Source: Fistulifera solaris
Lineage: Eukaryota
Direction: 5' to 3'
DNA length: 64,000 nucleotides
NCBI GenBank assembly: GCA_030295235.1
Contig: AP026134.1
Coordinates: 372,001-436,000, forward strand
A program made the position numbers and the translations under genes. Below are positions 10,504-21,966 of the stretch, one piece after another. A model generated the notes under the pieces. The model was not told the origin of the DNA, searched no databases, and saw only the letters and a list, made by a program, of their open reading frames with translations. Each line of letters begins with the position of its first letter. Position 1 is the stretch's first letter.

Positions 10504-12803
10504 CTACGTCATGGCGGGAAGGATGAAGTGGAACATGGCCAACTTGGCCTTGAGCGGATTAGAGCTCATTGGAGTAGTTCCGTCGTCACTCAACAACACG
10601 AAATTGTATTCTCCCTGCATTCGTGCAACGACGGGTGTTAAATCCAGCATCGGTTTAACCGAAAGCGGCGCTGTGCTTGTATACTCAAAGCTTTCCCCGG
10701 GCTTCAAGGTCGGCTGGCGGCCTGTAACACCCGGTCCTTGTACGACATCCTTATGGGGACTGCCAACGGTTTGAATCTCGAATCGACGCGACACCAACTG
10801 AATGGAGCGGCTATTTTGGTTCGTAATACGGATGTTGTAAGCAAAGCAATGTTTGTCCTGGCGATCATCGGATCGTTCAGGACGGTAGGACGTTGTCACT
10901 TCGACACGGACATTGTCCGTCACCTCTTCGGACGAGTCATTCAACTTCACCTTGATCAACCCAGTTTTCATGTCTTCATCACCAGGAAGTGTCGAAGAAG
11001 GCGTTGCCGCGGTGCTTGGACTGGCAGGGGGACTCTTAGCGGCAGCTTTCGGAGGTTCACTGTAATCGTCGTCATCGTCATCCTCGTCATCTTCCTCTTC
11101 ATCCTCGGCTCGGAATGGTTGTACACGCTGGTCCTGTGGGAAAATGAAATGGAAGGTTCCCAACTCAGCAGTAGCTTCTCCTTTGCTTTTCAACTGCTCT
11201 TCAGATGCCGTTGTTTGACCAGGCGCCAAAGTGACGTAACGATATTCACCACGCATTCGGGCAGCAATGATGGTGGTGCCAAGCGGACGCACACTCAAAG
11301 GCGCAGTGCTGGTGTATTCGAAAACTTCTCCCGGTGCAAGAATGGGAGTACGTCCTGTCACGCCTTCCCCCCTGTACAACATCTTTCATGCTGCTACCAA
11401 CAGTTTGAATTTCGAGCGACGTCCCAACAACTGGATCGTGTCCGTCGGCGAGTTGTTGGTAATTCGAATCGTATACTGAAAACAGTGTTTGCGCATCGGA
11501 GGATCGGACTGCTCATGATTGTACGAAGATGTGACTTCAACACTCAGCGGCCCTGTTGTAGTCTTGCTGGACGATTCCACCGGTACCGTCAGTTCTCCTC
11601 TAGTTACATCGGTATCTCCTGGCAATCTAGGACGTCCACCCGAGGCTTCGGAAGCCGCAACTTCTCGGGCCCGATCCGCGCCAGTCTTAGGGCGCTTATC
11701 CTCCTCGTCGTCATCGTCATCATCATCTTCGTCCTCCTCACTCCGACTGCTAAGACTCTTCCCGAGTTGTTGACGACGAATTTTCTTGACTTCGTCACGT
11801 GCTTCTTGCAGGGCCTTTTCCATGGCCTTCACTCTGGACTCGGGCGTCTCCGGAAGCTTTCCCAGAATTTCTCTGGCCCGCTCTTGCTTCTTTTTGTTAT
11901 CTTCTTCGAGTTCATCCATCAAACGACGCATGGTTCGCTCACGACGTGCTTTTGCCTCGCGGTCTTCTCGTACGCCTGGATTGCGCATATCTTCCTCGTA
12001 TTGCCGTTGTTGCTGTTCGAGATTTTTGCGACGCTCGGCCATCATCGCACGTCCTCTCGCGACACGATCTTCGCGAATCTGACGATCCAGCAACGACATA
12101 CTGCGGTTGGGACTCAATCCGATTTTGTAAATTTCGGTGTGCACTGCGTATCCTCGCTTTTCGACCGCTTCGGCGTCAATGCCTGGAGGAGGTCCGCCGA
12201 GTTTTTTGGCCAGATCTTTTAAATAATCAATCTTTTCCTGATCCGCACCGAGCTGAATAGCGTCTCTCAAACGATCGTTCACTCCAAACCAAGGATCTTT
12301 CGCGAGACGGCGCTTCAGATCGTTGTTGGCCTCCACCCAACCGGCGTGATCTTTCCTTCGACGCAAATCGGGCAAGTCATTTTTCCGGATCTGGCGCATG
12401 ACGTTGACATTCTCACCGCGTTCGTCCGCCGACATGGTTTGAACTAATTGATCATCCGGTATAGTCTTTTCCTCTTCACGAAACAGACGGGAAGGACGGG
12501 GCTTGATTAAAGGATTCGGGTCGAAAGGATCCATCTTCAATCCGGTGAAGGGAGATTTCGCCCCCGTGTAACTCGACAAACGAACATCATCATCCTCGTC
12601 GTCATCTTCGTCTTCATCATCTTCGTCCTCATCGTCATCCATTCCTAGAAAACCAGAACTAGAAAGCTCCAAGTAAGAGGAAGGACGCACATATGTCACG
12701 GCCGAAGATGAGAAGGGCGATATCACCGACGATGTTGTTGGCACAAAAGCCTCAGCATTTTCCGAGGCCAAATACAAGAAGTATGCAAGGCTGCTGCTCT
12801 CAT
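10504..12803 (-). CDS. Coiled-coil protein with two C-terminal ApaG (DUF525) domains; probable plastid presequence
   Basis: Two copies of HCF.Y.IRITN...IQL..RRFEIQTVGS..KDVVQG.GVTGR.P.L.PGE.FEYTS. N-terminal AEA-FVPT followed by a Ser-rich stretch. The two ORFs share a frame and are separated by compensating -1/+1 indels (~11416, ~11370). Confidence 0.8.
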
Positions 12804-13752
12804 TTGACCAACAAGAGCAATAGAAAGGAGATTTTTGGAATGAATGAAGGTTATCAATTAAAATGATAGAGAGGAGGAAATTATGGTCTCACAATCCCAT
12901 GAGATCGACCGAGACAGAGAGGTAAAGATGCGCCAAGATCATCATGAGAATTGCGGAACGAGAGTGTCACACGAAGTACAACTATTCGGGTGGATTGAAT
13001 GAGTCATATTTGGTTCGTATGAGATCTACGTACGCAGCCGAGAAAAGAATACGAGCCCCACCGTGCAACATCTGTTCACCGATGACGTGGAACGTAAAAC
13101 ATTGTCCGTGTCTCAGTGACGTTGCGGCCTTCACTGTACAACGTACAGTGGATGCAAGCAAGATCCATTCACAAACCGACTACCAGGTAGGATTGTTGGC
13201 CATTGGCATGCGATGGCGAAACTAGCCGATTCTTTCAGAGTGTACCATGGACAAGGTGGTGTGAAATATTATCGTGGAGTTTTCTTAATAAGCCAATTAG
13301 GCTCCGGTGGTTTGAAATGTTTCTTCTGCATTTCTCACATCAAGACTGCAACAATCATATAATTTTTGCAAATGTTCTTGCGTTTCATCAAACACTCTCT
13401 AGCATCTACTACCTTAATTTGCTTAAAGCAGCATGAGGCTACAAGCATAATTTACAATATGCAAAATTGTAGAATAACAGGTCATTGACTTTAGCATCGT
13501 TTGCAAGGAATGCGTTGATTGCTTACAAAGTAAGGCGACAACGTCTCCATTGGAAGTTACAGCATCAAATTTAAAAGTTGTTGCGAATGGTCAAGGGATT
13601 ATTTTTTGCGAAAATGAATGAAGTTTATCGAATTGCGCTTCCTCACTGCTATGTTTCAATACAGCTATTTTTCAAGTTGTTGTCGGTCAGACTACAATAT
13701 CTTAAGTTTCTTTCTTTTGATAGACAATAAGCTTACAAACCGCTACTCAATA

Positions 13753-14724
13753 CTAGGGTTCTTTCCTCGAAAGTCGGTTAAAAGAGAAAAGCGGTCTACT
13801 CGCCAGCACTATTCCGGATACAGCTGCAATGGCCAAGGCAGCTATCGACGCTATGCCTGTCACAGTCTGAGAGGACTTGGCAATGTACAAACGAAATGCA
13901 GTCGCTGTCATTTCCCACAAATTCAACAACTTAATGCCGTCTGTAGCGTAGGAAGTCAGAAACGACCATAGATGTAGTTTCATGGCCAACATCGACGACA
14001 ACAGAAAGGTGCGCGCTCTCCCTCGATCGGGCCGCAAGAGATCGAACTCCAGAATTGCTCGTGTCGTCACAGAATTTAGAAAAGCAAATAAGCTCATAAA
14101 GAAGCTCCAACGCGTAAAGGTAAATTCATAGGGGCACGCTTGCATCATGAAGTCATGGCACGATTTGGCTGAAATAGAGTGGCTTCCGAGAAGTAGAAAA
14201 CCGTTTGCAGTGGCTGTCGACACCACGATGACATTGAGACTGAGTATAACAGAAAGCAGAGAGAAGACGTGATATAGAATGTAGGTCTCTGTCAACCACT
14301 TGTGTTTTCGTGGGTATTCTTTCGAGCTACCAGAAAGTGCAAACATTGCGCCAAAGGCACTCTGCGACCATGGTCGGAGGCGTAAGATACATACAGTTCG
14401 ACATACTTAAAACTCAAACAGAAAATCTTTTGGACTTACCCCAGCAATCAACGATGAGGGTACTCTCATTCCTGTGAAGAAGGAAGACGCCATGTCGGCA
14501 TAATCTGGAATCGCACCGAGGGCGACAGTGCGAGACCCTTTCAGAATCGCATGATGAGTAGCGGGTGAGCTTATGAAAGAAAGAACGGAAAAAGCCGTCA
14601 TGTAGTCGGTCTTGAAGGACTGTAAAGGAGGCGAAGGGTGTTGGTGCGCTGTAAGGACAACATTAATTATTTGAATTGATAAGAATAAAGATGATCGACG
14701 AAAAGTGACTTTGAATTTTGACAT
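13753..14724 (-). CDS. Uncharacterised multi-pass membrane protein, 2 exons
   Basis: GT-AG intron 14439-14362 joins SSLIAG-SAFGAMFAL in frame; several hydrophobic segments; start codon uncertain. Confidence 0.65.
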
Positions 14725-15306
14725 TCATTCGAAATCTTTTACTTCTTCTTTTCAGAGAACTCAAAAGGACTGTAGATTTGTCAGTACAGATGCTGTCTTA
14801 CTGCCACTCGGTCTCACCTTGCCTTACGCCTCACTGGTTGCCGTGACTGCTCCGCAATCGTGACTAAAAAGGTCATCTTCAAGAACAATGGATGGCGGGA
14901 AAAGAAGAAATCCCTATGTGCGATCTGTGGTATGAGAAGCAAGTCCTACTTGGTACCGGTATCCGGTACCGGTACCGCAAAAATTTTAATGTGGTACATG
15001 TATGGCCAGACTCTTCGTTCATTTCTTCGCCGTTTCATGGATCAACAAAATTGCGAGCATCACAGCATCACGGCCACTTTTCATCGCGTGTCTTGATCCA
15101 CGATCAACGACACGCTATGGCAAACACGCTGTAATTTCTTGCGGGAAAACGCAGCCGCATGAGAGACGAATGACATTTGATTGTTTCCTTCTCATCAACT
15201 TTTGCCTTGCTTCAAAATCATCATATCATCAATCAAAATAACACATTGTATCAATTCAAGTCAATTGTGTTGTTCATCAAGAGCGGAAGCATTTAAAAAG
15301 AAGAAA

Positions 15307-16836
15307 ATGGCTTCCGGACATCCGTCTCCTAAAGGCAGTCGTCCCGTCAAAGTGATAATAAGCCGGGATCAGTCGATTCTCGCTAAACGCCATTTACCTC
15401 GACAACTTCGCGGCGACTCGAATTTTATTCTCGTGGGAAATCGAAACAAGAAAGGAAAGTTCGTTTTACTTTCTCGCCCGAAAATCAAGCTAACGCACGT
15501 ACTGTCAAAATCGTCCTTGACCACATCGCCCAGCCGAGAAGCCACTGACACAGCGTCCAGTAACACCGAGACTGCCGCGACAACTCTTCACAGCGCTTCC
15601 GATTCCGAGCAAGAAGTCAAACATGATTACGAGTCAGATGCGAGCGGTTTCCACTCGACATTGCATCCTATCCGCAGTGAGGACACCAGCCTAGGAAATC
15701 CTGACAAGCCATTGATTCCGAAAATGGGACCCCAAGATGTTAACGTTCTTGAAGAAAATGAATACCTTGTTGAGCTATGTCGGAAATATAAGTCGCGCTG
15801 TCAAGACAAGCAAGCTTTGAAGGAAGAAATCCTTGCCTGGGTCCACGGAAAGGGAGGAAACTTTGTTGTGCAGATGAAAGGAGCTTTTACGGTTGCCCCG
15901 TTTTCGACAGTGGACGGCTTCTTGCAACGTATTGTTGACGGCGCAACGCAGAAGAAAACGATGGTGGTGCCTAGCCCATTGAAATCCAAGGGCCGAACGA
16001 AGAATACATCCCCTCGTCCGATGGCATCCCTTCCAACGAAAGCAAACGGCAAACCTAAACAGCCCAGTGTTCCGGAAGGTTCGATAGTTCCAAATGACGT
16101 AGATGTGCTTTTGGGACGTGGTAATCACACTGCATACCGCGAGGGCAATCTGAACTTTCGAAAGTACTGCTGGGCGCTGCGTGAGGGTACGAATACAATT
16201 TGTTGACAATTGACCCGTTCGAAACGAAACGAAATGACTTATACATCATCTTACTCGTATTTCTTTTTCATTTTGACTTTGACAGAATATAAAAACATTC
16301 CTAGAAACGAGAAGCGCCATCTTGCCCAGGCAGTTGTAGATCGAGTTCATGCAGAAGGAGGACGATTCTTGGAACCGTCTGGTGACACTTTTATTGTGGC
16401 GAGCGAAGCTAGAGCCCTTGAGAAAGTGTGCCAGGCTCTACGTGAAAAGAAATGGGAATCTCGTAAATCATTGCTCGGTCCGGAATACAGCGGCACGCCT
16501 GCTCAGAAAGAAAGAAAGCATCACATCGACAAGGCTATTAAGAGCAGCAAAACAAATTTGGCAAAGGCAATGGCACCGAAGAAGGCACCAACTGTCGTAA
16601 GTTCGACTTGGCAACAACCAACGCAATTGAAATCCCTTGAAGCTGATGCACCACAATCTATGAATGAGGAACTTGAAGTTGGATCACGCATCGAAGTGTA
16701 TTGGCCATTGGACCAGAAATATTACGCAGCAACAGTTAAAGCTGCACATGGTGTTTACGTCCATATTGAATACGAGTTAGACGGCGTTCTTGAGTGGCTC
16801 AACTTGTCCGAACACACTTTCCGGACGATTTCGTGA
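15307..16836 (+). CDS. DUF6824-domain protein with a C-terminal Tudor-like domain
   Basis: DVLLGRGNHTAYREGNLNFR...EKR..AQAVVDRVHAEGGRFL...ALEKVCQALRE (DUF6824 pattern); intron 16187-16285; C-terminal VGSRIEVYWPLDQKYYAATV...IEYELDGVLEWLNL (Tudor-like). Confidence 0.8.
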
Positions 16837-17016
16837 AGAGGAGCGGCTATTGAAGAGTATACTCCATTAACTCGTTCATAGAAAGAATGGACCCAAGCGA
16901 AATGCTTAGTTATATAATTTCTTTACATTAAAAATGATTTACATTGGTCGAGGGTTGTCAACATAGGAACGGACGATTGTGCATTCAGGAAAAAGGCAGT
17001 TTTAATAATAATTGTA

Positions 17017-17793
17017 TTAGGAGAGTCCCTGCGGATAGAGATCCGGTCTCATCCAAGGAATTAGTGCCAGAATCAATGCCTGTTCATAGTAGTGTGATCG
17101 ATCTACGAGTCCATCGGTTAAAACACCGACTACGCCCAACCCTTGTTTTGATTTTTCGATGTCAAAAACCTTGTCCGTTGCATCCCCTAGTTCCATTCCC
17201 TTTTGCACAGCTTCTGATATTTTCCAAGGCAAGGGAAAGGCCGCAGCTTTGGCTAAACCGAAGACTGGTCGCTGGTCTCCGTAGTAAGTTGTTGTGTCTT
17301 TACTCGCTAACATGTCGACCGAAAGGGCTTCTCGACGACCGTAAATCGCCATCCAAGCCATGCAGAAGAGATCTTTCGTTTCGTGCTCTTCATTGCCATT
17401 TACAGCAGGGTCTACTTCGTTAGCGGTGTCTTCGGCTGTTCTCCTGATTGTATCCGGCGTCCTCCACTCCAATCCTCCTTCCATGCCGATCGCAACGTGT
17501 GGCGCCTTACCATTCCTCTTGCAAAAAGCCGCATAAGCTCCCTTGGCGCGATTCTTGGCACCTTCACAAGTTTCGCCGTCACCAAACGGCTGATCCGCAA
17601 TGCCCGAAGAGACGTCAAAACTCTGCACGACCACTTGAATATTGCGGTCGGGTCTCTCCATGAGCTGTCGCAGAGCCCGTTCGGCGGCACGAATCTTGGT
17701 AGGATTTCGCGTCCCTACGGCGACGCGGAGAATGAACGTGTGCGGACGCTCCTCTGACGTGAAAATATCTGTGATGATAGAAGTCAAGGACAT
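17017..17793 (-). CDS. Non-canonical purine NTP phosphatase (ITPase/XTPase, YjjX / NTPase_I-T family)
   Basis: VAVGTRNPTK, VSSGIADQPFGDGETCEGAKNRA, IGMEGG, GMELGDA, KQGLGVVGVLTDGLVDR..YYEQALILAL; probable start MSLTSII at ~17793. Confidence 0.85.
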   Translation of the reverse strand: MSLTSIITDIFTSEERPHTFILRVAVGTRNPTKIRAAERALRQLMERPDRNIQVVVQSFDVSSGIADQPFGDGETCEGAKNRAKGAYAAFCKRNGKAPHVAIGMEGGLEWRTPDTIRRTAEDTANEVDPAVNGNEEHETKDLFCMAWMAIYGRREALSVDMLASKDTTTYYGDQRPVFGLAKAAAFPLPWKISEAVQKGMELGDATDKVFDIEKSKQGLGVVGVLTDGLVDRSHYYEQALILALIPWMRPDLYPQGLS

Positions 17794-19234
17794 GATCAAG
17801 GGTTGACAGGTCGGACAGTTTCGACAAATTTGTTTATAAAAACTCCGAGAAATACCATAGAAATGACGGCGTGCGTGTTTTTCACTCTCCGCAAAGTTGC
17901 GCATGCGGCAGGCAGGACTGATAATTAGATGAGTCGGAAATAACAGAACCCACAACCCACTCTGACTCCGTCAATAGTCAACGATGATGAGATCGCGAAA
18001 AAGCGCAATCATCCTACCCATGTCGTCAACAATAATGTTTCAGTATAATGAAATTTTTTGAGTTCATTTGTTAAGATTTGTAGGTCATAAAGGGGTTCAG
18101 GGCGAAGAAAATACGGAGTAATAGAAATAATGTGAATGCGGTCGATAATCTCCGGGACTGAATTATTTGTTGTGTCGGGAACTCGTTCCGCCTACTCATA
18201 CTCATACCCTGTAGGGAACAATGATTGAGATGAAATGAAATGCATTTAGCGCAATTCATACCAACCATATCATCATTCATGACAATAGCCATGGATACAA
18301 ATAGAATATAATGAATTGGTCTTTTCAACTTTAGGTGGTCGAAAATCGTGCTCAGGGCGTACCAGGTAGTAAACCATCATGGAAGGTTTTTCGGGACTGA
18401 AAATTACATGAGTCGGAGATCGTACCTGTACTCTCTACAAGATATCAATAACCGTCCACACGTGGAAACGGTATACGCGATTGGCAGCAAACATTCGAGA
18501 TGGCGCAGAGCACAGACACCGCGACGTCGACCATGGGCTGCCTTGATGTTACAAACTGGAATTGCAACGATAATCTAATGGTGTTCTCTTTTAGCATAAG
18601 TGACGAGAGATTTAGATGAACACCATCGTGTGCGGGCGCAGTGCATGGGCCGTCCGATGATGATTCATAAATTATTATGTACTCGTATAGGTGACGGAGT
18701 TGACATCGTCGTGCAGAAGCCGTCTTCCAAACAATATTTTTGAATGCTTGGCGTATTACTAAAATGAAGTCTCTGAGCAATAAACATACAGTGTTTTTAA
18801 CGACAAAAGGTCATTCCTTTGACGATGGTTGAGCAGAAATGCGTGCCGCGTGGCGTGAACTTGAAACGGGACGCCGCTCACTTGTCACGTCACAGTGGTA
18901 GAAGTTGTGCGGGATTCAGAACGTTTCGAACATTCACTGTCAAACGGCATCACCTTTTCTAAAACACCTTAACACTTCACGCTCTAAATCCACCCACATG
19001 CAAGAATATTCCAGCATAAAGGGTGTTGTGCAACAGCGTTGCTTCTCAGCGTGGAATACAGTTAGGGGCGAAACGGAAGGGAGAAAGTTCCGGCGCAAAT
19101 GAGCGCAGTTCTGAGGTCAACGAATTGTCGTTAAATCTTGTCATCGGTTCATTCAAATCGAACGAAAAAAGAAGCGGTTCGACGGCAAGCGCTCACTTGG
19201 CGGATCTTCGCAGCCGCGTTCCATTCCTCGTCCT

Positions 19235-20699
19235 ATGGTGGACCAATTTAGCACAGGCACCATGTTTCTGCCTTCGATCTCTTCGAGCGATTCACCTCTC
19301 TGTCATTGGCCTTGTGATGTAGTCAGCAGCTCGTTTGCATCACCAGCGAGACAAAATTATCGCAGCCGCAGCCGGCCCATGGAGGGTCAAGATATCACAG
19401 CTTCCTCGTCGTCTTCTGCGTCGTCCCCCGCGTCATTGCACAATCACAGTCTTGCTGAAGGACATCGCTACGAAGAAAAGTCTCCCAATAATCAAGAGGA
19501 AGACAGAAAGCCCATGGCGATAGCCAAATGCATGACTGATCACACGAGTCCTTCCTTTGAAATGCGCATGACGTTCTCCGAAGATTGCGACGACGATCAT
19601 CGTGCGTTCCATACTGCGAGCGCTTTGGGTATCTTGGATGGGGATCACATTGGCATTGGTATCATCCCACACGCCCCCGAGTTTCTGTTGCAGAGCTACC
19701 AGCATTTTGCCGTTCCACCCGAATACGAATCATACCCTAACACCCAGGCGGAGGAAGAGAAAGAAGATGTCGACCAGCAAAAGATGCATGAAGAGCTGCA
19801 AGAAGCATTCTTCATGGATCATCCGGCGAATACGCACGCGGATTATCCCAACAATGAGACGAAAGTCGTGAAAGTCTGGCGTCGATCCTCGAGGGTCAAA
19901 GCAGCGAAAGTCGTCCGGTCCCGCAGGTCTCCTGCCAAGTTCAAGAGCCCTAGAAAGTCAGCCAGTCGACAAAGGAACGACGAGCCCGCAGAGGTTCCCT
20001 TGGAGATTAAACCTACGGAGCGTGAATTGAATAGTGCCGTGAATCGCCGCCAGCAAGAAGCTCTTCAGCAGTGGTACGGAAAGTTGAACGAGCTCAATCA
20101 GTTTCGAATCGCGAAAGGTCATTGCAACGTGCCACAGCAGTACCCTCCAAACCCTCAGCTCGGCATTGTAAGTGCATGGTGTGTTTGTGCTCAAAAAGCA
20201 ATATTGTCGTTACGATTACGCTCATCTGGATTCCTCGCTTCGGTAACAGTGGGTAAATAAACAGCGTATGGAGAAGAAATTCATGGACGACGGAGAAAAG
20301 TCATCTATGACGGAGGATCGAAAGCGACAATTAGAAAAGATAGGTTTCACTTGGGCAAAGCGTAAGGGTGACTACTCATGGAACGAGAAATTCCGTGAAT
20401 TGGAGGAATTCAAACGAATGAACGGGCATGTTGATGTTCCCACGAAGTACGAAGAAAACAAGGCCTTGGGACGATGGGTCAGCACGCAGCGTTCGCAGTA
20501 CAAACTCTTTATGCAGGGCCAGAGATCGCACATGACTCAGGAGCGCCTGGATGAGCTTGTGGCCATTGGGTTTAAATTCGACATGACAACAGCACCGCCG
20601 AAGCCCGCGAGTCGCAGAGGACGCAGTCGTTACATCGAAGACGAAGATGACGACCATGTCGGTGATGATGGTGAATCGGATGAAGCGTATTCATTTTAA
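19235..20699 (+). CDS. Protein with two helicase-associated (HA) domains and a disordered N-terminus
   Basis: W..K..EL..F....GHCNVPQ.Y..NP.LG.WVNKQR and WNEKFRELEEFKRMNGHVDVPTKY.ENKALGRWVSTQR; intron 20168-20249. Confidence 0.85.
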
Positions 20700-20883
20700 A
20701 CAGCGTCTTAGGCTTGATGTTGGCCGATTTTGAAAGTCTATTGGCCAGAAATGAAAAAGAAACACTCTCTTTCTTCATCCGTTTTTCTACAGTAGTGATC
20801 AACAATTTAAGACAACAATCTGATAGTATCGGATAACTTTAATATAAACAACGAATTATCTGAGATTGCCTGCGCTTGAATAA

Positions 20884-21966
20884 TTAAGGCATATTGATCA
20901 AGTCGTGCACTTTCTTGTTCGAAGTAGTCTTGATTGGAACTACCGCCTGTTCGCCATCTTCATCGAAAATGTCGTCAATGGGACCGAGTTCCGAATCCAG
21001 AAAATCAGCTAGCATGGATCGGGAAAAGTCGCTTTGGAGTGATTCAAAGGCTGGTAATGGAATGTTCTGCGGCGCTTCCGACTGCTGGGGTTGGGTATTA
21101 CAACTATTTAGGTTCATTGTGCCATTCAGTTGAGCGACGCGCTGCACAGTCAAAGGGGTTCCGGTGAAATACTGTTGGAAGAGGGGCGCAAATCTGGATC
21201 CGTAAGACAGATGTGCGAGTTGCGGCATTCTTCCCACTGCTGAACTACTGTTGCTTTTGATTTGCCCGAGAAGAATCTGATTGACTTGATCGAAATGACT
21301 ATTCACCGAAGGTTCATTATAAAGACCTCCGCTTACACCAGCGAGGCTTTCTGCACTAACCCTCCTCACTTCTGCCATCATCTGCTGACTCTTCTGACGA
21401 CGAATGGTTTTCGATTTGGTGCTAGACTTATATTTTAAGTGCAATAGATTTCGAAAGCTGCAAGAAAAGTAATTGAGTTAGAGTCATGATCAGCATTGGA
21501 CGAGGGTTCATCCGATGGAGAACAAGTACTTACTTTTGACCGGTTTTCTCTCGTGCGTTGTGATCGCCTACTTCGAACCATCGTCCGCCTTCTATTTTTA
21601 CAAATCCTCCATCTGGACTGGCACTTCGAATATCCTCAACAACTTTCGAGACAATAGCGGACTTATCAAGCTTCGTAACAGCCTTTTCGTATTCGTGAAT
21701 ATACGACTCTATCAACGAGCGGAAGTGCTGATTACCCGGATGGTTGAATGCTTTGTGGCCTCTAGAATAAGAACAGGGTGAGAAATGCAAGATTACGTGT
21801 CGAACTGCGAGCATATGTTGAAGCAACAATCTTACCGTGCACAAATAACGTCACGGTTGCCCGGTTTGAAAGACGCTGGCAATGCCTTCATCTCTTCATG
21901 TTCTGTCATGTTTGGATGGCTGTCGAAATCAATTGAATGATTCATGGTATCAATGGATGCATTCAT
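20884..21966 (-). CDS. DUF6824-domain protein, 3 exons
   Basis: DVICARG.KAFNHPGN..FR...YEKAVTKLDKSAIVS.VV..IR...GGFVK...WFEVGDH.AREK.GQ.FR; introns 21835-21762 and 21533-21458 splice in frame. Confidence 0.85.

Noticed and set aside
11386..11388. TGA readthrough between two same-frame ORFs of the ApaG gene
   Set aside because: The second ApaG copy shows that the true sequence (RRFEIQTVGS..KDVVQG) lies in another frame between compensating -1/+1 indels
10738..12222. 494-aa plus-strand ORF
   Set aside because: Antisense shadow of the ApaG/coiled-coil gene; no recognisable motifs, and composition mirrors the minus-strand codon bias
18400..18660. Short ORFs and a 9-bp inverted repeat (ATGGTGTTC/GAACACCAT)
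   Set aside because: No recognisable motif or RNA family; compatible with chance
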